The notes below the pieces were generated by a model, which worked only from the letters and a program-made list of their open reading frames with translations, was not told where the DNA came from and made no database searches. 64,000 nt of DNA from Methylobacter sp. (GTDB lineage: Bacteria; Pseudomonadota; Gammaproteobacteria; Methylococcales; Methylomonadaceae). The stretch covers positions 16,725-80,724 of the forward strand of contig JAURYJ010000086.1 of the NCBI GenBank assembly GCA_030653985.1. The letters run 5' to 3'. This document shows, in pieces, positions 60,400-64,000 of the stretch (position 1 is the stretch's first letter; each line of letters begins with the position of its first letter). The translations under genes were made by a program, and so were the position numbers.

Positions 60400-62380
60400 C
60401 AATAGATTCATCGTTCGTTCCCTGTAAAGGCGACCGGGCGGTCTCCGCTACGGGTGGTATTTTATAGCGTCTGTCACAGGCCGCAATTAAGCCGCCCGCC
60501 GCCATGAACAAAGCGCCCAGCCAAATCCAGCGAATGAACGACTTGTAATAAACCCTCATGCTCCACGCGCCTTGATCGCCCAGCGGCTCGCCTATCGCCA
60601 CAAACAAGTCCCTGAATAAACCGGCATCGATAGCCGCCTCGGTCATCGGCATTTTTTGCACCTGATAAACCCGTTTTTGCGGCTCCAGTTGGGCAACCTG
60701 TTTGCCTTCATAACTGACGGTGACAAAAGCCTGTTCAGCCATGTAGTTAGGCCCCGGGGTTTGCTTGACGCCGTGAAATTCAAAAATATAACCCGACATA
60801 TCCAATTTATCACCAGGCGCCATACGCACATCTTTTTCGACGCTGTAAACTGAGGTCAGGGTAATGCCGACCACGAATACGGCAATGCCCAGATGCGCCA
60901 CGGTCATGCCGTAAAAACCGGCCGGTACGGTGTGCAGTCGTTGCAGTGAAAATCCCTGCACCCCCATCCGGTCAACAAAAGACAGCGCAGTAATCGCAAC
61001 CGTCCACAACGCCAAGGTTAAGCCCAATACTGCACCCCAGGAATAAAACGGCATAGCCAACGGAATCAGTAGTCCGCCCGCGACACAAGCCAAAACAATC
61101 CAGCGCACCCGCAAGGCAATCACGTTGATATTGTCTCTTTTCCAGCGCAACAGCATGCCTAAGCCCACCGCAATCGCCAGCGGTGCCATCAGCGGAATGA
61201 ACACCGCGTTAAAATACGGCGGGCCGACTGAAATCTTGCCTAAACCCAACGCGTCAATGACTAAGGGATACAAGGTGCCCAGCAAGATACTGGAAGCGGT
61301 CACCACTAACAGCACATTGTTCAGCAATATCGCCGACTCTTTGGACACCAGTTCAAAGGTCGCGCTGCTTTTGACGTAAGGCGCTCTGATCGCATACAGC
61401 AATAATGACCCGCCGACCACGACCGCCAGGAAAATCAGGATGAACAGACCTCTTGCCGGATCGCTGGCAAACGCATGTACCGAGGTTAATACCCCGGAAC
61501 GCACCAAAAATGTGCCGAGCAAGCTTAAGGAAAAGGCAAAAATCGCCAGCAATACCGTCCAGGTTTTAAATACGCCGCGTTTTTCGGTGGCCGCCAACGA
61601 ATGAATCAGCGCGGTGCCAACCAGCCAGGGCATGAAGGAAGCGTTTTCGACAGGGTCCCAGAACCACCAGCCGCCCCAGCCCAGTTCGTAATAAGCCCAC
61701 CAACTGCCCAAGGCAATGCCGATGGTTAAAAACATCCAGGCGATATTGGTCCAAGGTCTTGACCATCGCGCCCAGGCAGCATCCACCCGGCCTTCGAGCA
61801 ACGCGGCAATGGCAAAAGCAAAGGCGACCGAAAAGCCGACATAGCCCATATACAGCATCGGCGGATGTATTGCCAAACCGGGATCTTGCAACAGCGGGTT
61901 TAAGTCTCGCCCTTCCAGAGGCGCCGGAAACACGCGTTCAAACGGATTGGAGGTCAACAATAAGAACAGGATAAAACCGATAGAGACCAGCCCCATCACC
62001 CCTAAAACGCGAGCGACGGTAGCCTCAGGAATAGCTTTGCTAAATTGTGCCACTAAAGCCGTCCACACCGCCAACACCAAGCCCCATAATAATAAGGAAC
62101 CTTCATGCGCGCCCCAGACGCCGGAAACCAAATACAAAACCGGCAATGAGGTATTGGAGTTAGCGGCAATGTATTTGACCGAAAAATCATGGGTCAAAAA
62201 GCCATAGGTCAGGCAAGCGTAAGACACCACCATGAATAACAGTTGGCCATAAGCGGCGGGTCTGGCGACGCTGGTCCAGCCGGATATGGATCGGGAGGCG
62301 CCGATAATCGGCAGCATTCCTAAAACAACGGCCATGCACAAGGCCAGTATCAGCGAAAAATGCCCCAGTTCTGCAATCAT
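60392..62380 (-). CDS. ccmF: Haem lyase CcmF
   Basis: WGGWWFWDPVEN, HPPMLYMGY, SVHAFA. Confidence 0.97.
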   Translation of the reverse strand: MIAELGHFSLILALCMAVVLGMLPIIGASRSISGWTSVARPAAYGQLLFMVVSYACLTYGFLTHDFSVKYIAANSNTSLPVLYLVSGVWGAHEGSLLLWGLVLAVWTALVAQFSKAIPEATVARVLGVMGLVSIGFILFLLLTSNPFERVFPAPLEGRDLNPLLQDPGLAIHPPMLYMGYVGFSVAFAFAIAALLEGRVDAAWARWSRPWTNIAWMFLTIGIALGSWWAYYELGWGGWWFWDPVENASFMPWLVGTALIHSLAATEKRGVFKTWTVLLAIFAFSLSLLGTFLVRSGVLTSVHAFASDPARGLFILIFLAVVVGGSLLLYAIRAPYVKSSATFELVSKESAILLNNVLLVVTASSILLGTLYPLVIDALGLGKISVGPPYFNAVFIPLMAPLAIAVGLGMLLRWKRDNINVIALRVRWIVLACVAGGLLIPLAMPFYSWGAVLGLTLALWTVAITALSFVDRMGVQGFSLQRLHTVPAGFYGMTVAHLGIAVFVVGITLTSVYSVEKDVRMAPGDKLDMSGYIFEFHGVKQTPGPNYMAEQAFVTVSYEGKQVAQLEPQKRVYQVQKMPMTEAAIDAGLFRDLFVAIGEPLGDQGAWSMRVYYKSFIRWIWLGALFMAAGGLIAACDRRYKIPPVAETARSPLQGTNDESIDA

Positions 62381-62829
62381 TATTGTTGACCTGTAACGAG
62401 TGATGCTGGCTGATTTTTCAAACTGTCTTTCACTTCCGGCGGCATATAATTTTCATCATGTTTGGCTAACACTTCTTCGGCGATAAATACGCCCTGTGCA
62501 TTTAACTTACCGTGCGCAACAATGCCCTGCCCTTCTCTGAACAAATCCGGCAGGATGCCGGTGTATTCAACCGTCACATCCTTGCTGTAATCGGTCAGTT
62601 TAAAACGCACCATCAAGCCGTCATTCGGTCTTTCTACGGAGCCTTTAATCACCATGCCGCCCAGGCGAAATAAAGTGTCTTGGGGCGCCTTGCCTTCGAT
62701 AACGTCAGTGGTCGAAAAAAAGTACATCAAATTTTCATTAAAGGACTTCAGCGCGAATGCTGTAGCAAGCCCTGCGCCGATGACCATCAGGCCGATAAGC
62801 ATTAAACGCTGTTTTCTGGCTGGTTTCAT
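62380..62829 (-). CDS. ccmE: Haem chaperone CcmE
   Basis: LPDLFREGQG, LAKHDENY. Confidence 0.97.
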   Translation of the reverse strand: MKPARKQRLMLIGLMVIGAGLATAFALKSFNENLMYFFSTTDVIEGKAPQDTLFRLGGMVIKGSVERPNDGLMVRFKLTDYSKDVTVEYTGILPDLFREGQGIVAHGKLNAQGVFIAEEVLAKHDENYMPPEVKDSLKNQPASLVTGQQ

Positions 62830-62832
62830 GAT

Positions 62833-62991
62833 TTACTGCCGTTTTTGTTTGAGCGCCAGGGCGCGTAAAAACTGTCTGCGCTGCACCACTGGAATAATAA
62901 TATTGGCCAGCAGCACGATTAAAGTCAGACCGTAAGACGTCCAGACATAAAAGCCATAGCCGCCCATGGCGAAAAATTCCTGCATCGTCAT
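62833..62991 (-). CDS. ccmD: Haem exporter protein CcmD (52 aa, absent from the ORF track)
   Basis: Manual translation MTMQEFFAMGGYGFYVWTSYGLTLIVLLANIIIPVVQRRQFLRALALKQKRQ*; TAATG overlap with ccmC. Confidence 0.92.
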   Translation of the reverse strand: MTMQEFFAMGGYGFYVWTSYGLTLIVLLANIIIPVVQRRQFLRALALKQKRQ

Positions 62992-63758
62992 TACTTCGAC
63001 TCCGAGACCATGTTCTTAACCCATTGCGCGTTGCGTTCGCGTAGTAACAATTCAGTACGCGCCCGCTGCAACATCGCAATCAGATAATAAAATTTAAACG
63101 ATACCGCCATCAGCAACAGCGGTATTAACATGCTGACATGAATGGACGGTTTATCCATTTTGGTGACCGTCGGCCCTTGATGCAGCGTATTCCACCATTC
63201 AACCGAGTAATGAATGATCGGGATATTGACCACGCCGACCAGAGCCAAAATAGCGACAGCCCTGGATGCAATCCGCTTATCGTCTATCGCGCCGTAAAGT
63301 CCGATAACGCCAAGATACAAAAACAGCAATATCAATTCGGAGGTTAAGCGTGCATCCCAGACCCACCACGTCCCCCACATCGGCTTGCCCCACAAGGAAC
63401 CGGTCACCAGTGCGATAAAGGTAAAGCTGGCACCGATCGGCGCACTGCTGATCGCCACTATCTCCGCCAGTTTGATCCGCCAAATCAAGCCTATGGCGCC
63501 GGCAACCGCCATGACCACATAAATAAACAACGACATCCAGGCGCTGGGCACATGGATATAGATAATACGATAGCTATCGCCCTGCTGATAATCGGCTGGC
63601 GCCAGATACAGCCCGCCGTATAGTCCGACGGCTGTTACCAGTAGAAAAATAACCACCAGCCACGGCATCAAGCGCCCGGTAAAAGCGTAAAAATGCGGCG
63701 GGGAGGCCATGCGGTGGAAGAAGCGAACGACGGGATCTGGAATTAAAAACATAGGCAA
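62991..63758 (-). CDS. ccmC: Haem exporter protein CcmC
   Basis: HVPSAW, WGKPMWGTWWVWDARLTS, WWNTLHQ. Confidence 0.97.
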   Translation of the reverse strand: MPMFLIPDPVVRFFHRMASPPHFYAFTGRLMPWLVVIFLLVTAVGLYGGLYLAPADYQQGDSYRIIYIHVPSAWMSLFIYVVMAVAGAIGLIWRIKLAEIVAISSAPIGASFTFIALVTGSLWGKPMWGTWWVWDARLTSELILLFLYLGVIGLYGAIDDKRIASRAVAILALVGVVNIPIIHYSVEWWNTLHQGPTVTKMDKPSIHVSMLIPLLLMAVSFKFYYLIAMLQRARTELLLRERNAQWVKNMVSESK

Positions 63759-63801
63759 TCAGAAAAAGGGTTTAAAACTAACATGCAGGAACGATCTGTT
63801 T

Positions 63802-63999
63802 TTAAGCTTTGCAGTATGAAGGAACCCAACTGCGTTCAAGCATATACTCAGGCAAGTCATTAAAATCAAAAGCGATGCCGTCTTTAATCATCTGCTCAAC
63901 ATTAAACAATTGCCCAACTTCAGGAATATCCTTAAAGAACAACGTATAGAACGGCTTAACCAGTGCTTTTGAAACTTTCATGCCTATCGGACCGATAAA
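63802..63999 (-). CDS. 3' end of an unidentified ORF (partial)
   Basis: Open frame ...FIGPIGMKVSKALVKPFYTLFFKDIPEVGQLFNVEQMIKDGIAFDFNDLPEYMLERSWVPSYCKA* running from the window edge. Confidence 0.55.
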   Translation of the reverse strand, partial: FIGPIGMKVSKALVKPFYTLFFKDIPEVGQLFNVEQMIKDGIAFDFNDLPEYMLERSWVPSYCKA

Positions 64000-64000
64000 A

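Overview
Gammaproteobacterial chromosome segment, about 50% GC by eye. Gene content and repeat style suggest Methylococcales/Methylobacter (inference). Most of it is housekeeping: hisC 3' end, petABC-sspAB, di-haem cytochrome c, LysM-dprA-smg-topA-tsaC, BrnT/BrnA toxin-antitoxin, serS, a fluoride-riboswitch-controlled antiporter-USP fusion, orn, M48 protease, rsgA, a fused GltD/NfnB-PyrK/NfnA-like flavoprotein, ftsK, trxB-aat, an HDOD protein, a stand-alone fusA, yqaA-pcm-surE, Smr, slyX, hemN and ccmCDEFGHI. The standout is a ~22 kb accessory block (31.7-53.8 kb): a 16-gene MSHA-like type IV filament operon plus a divergent 7TM-DISM two-component system. It encodes seven prepilins in two paralogous families. 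Three adjacent ones carry C-terminal coiled-coil / hydrophobic-hairpin / coiled-coil extensions that resemble translocator or tripartite pore-forming proteins. Also notable are nested MITE/REP composites and palindromic repeats inserted in frame inside ccm genes. No rRNA, tRNA, CRISPR array or transposase gene was recognised. All product calls come from motif recognition by eye; no database search was run.
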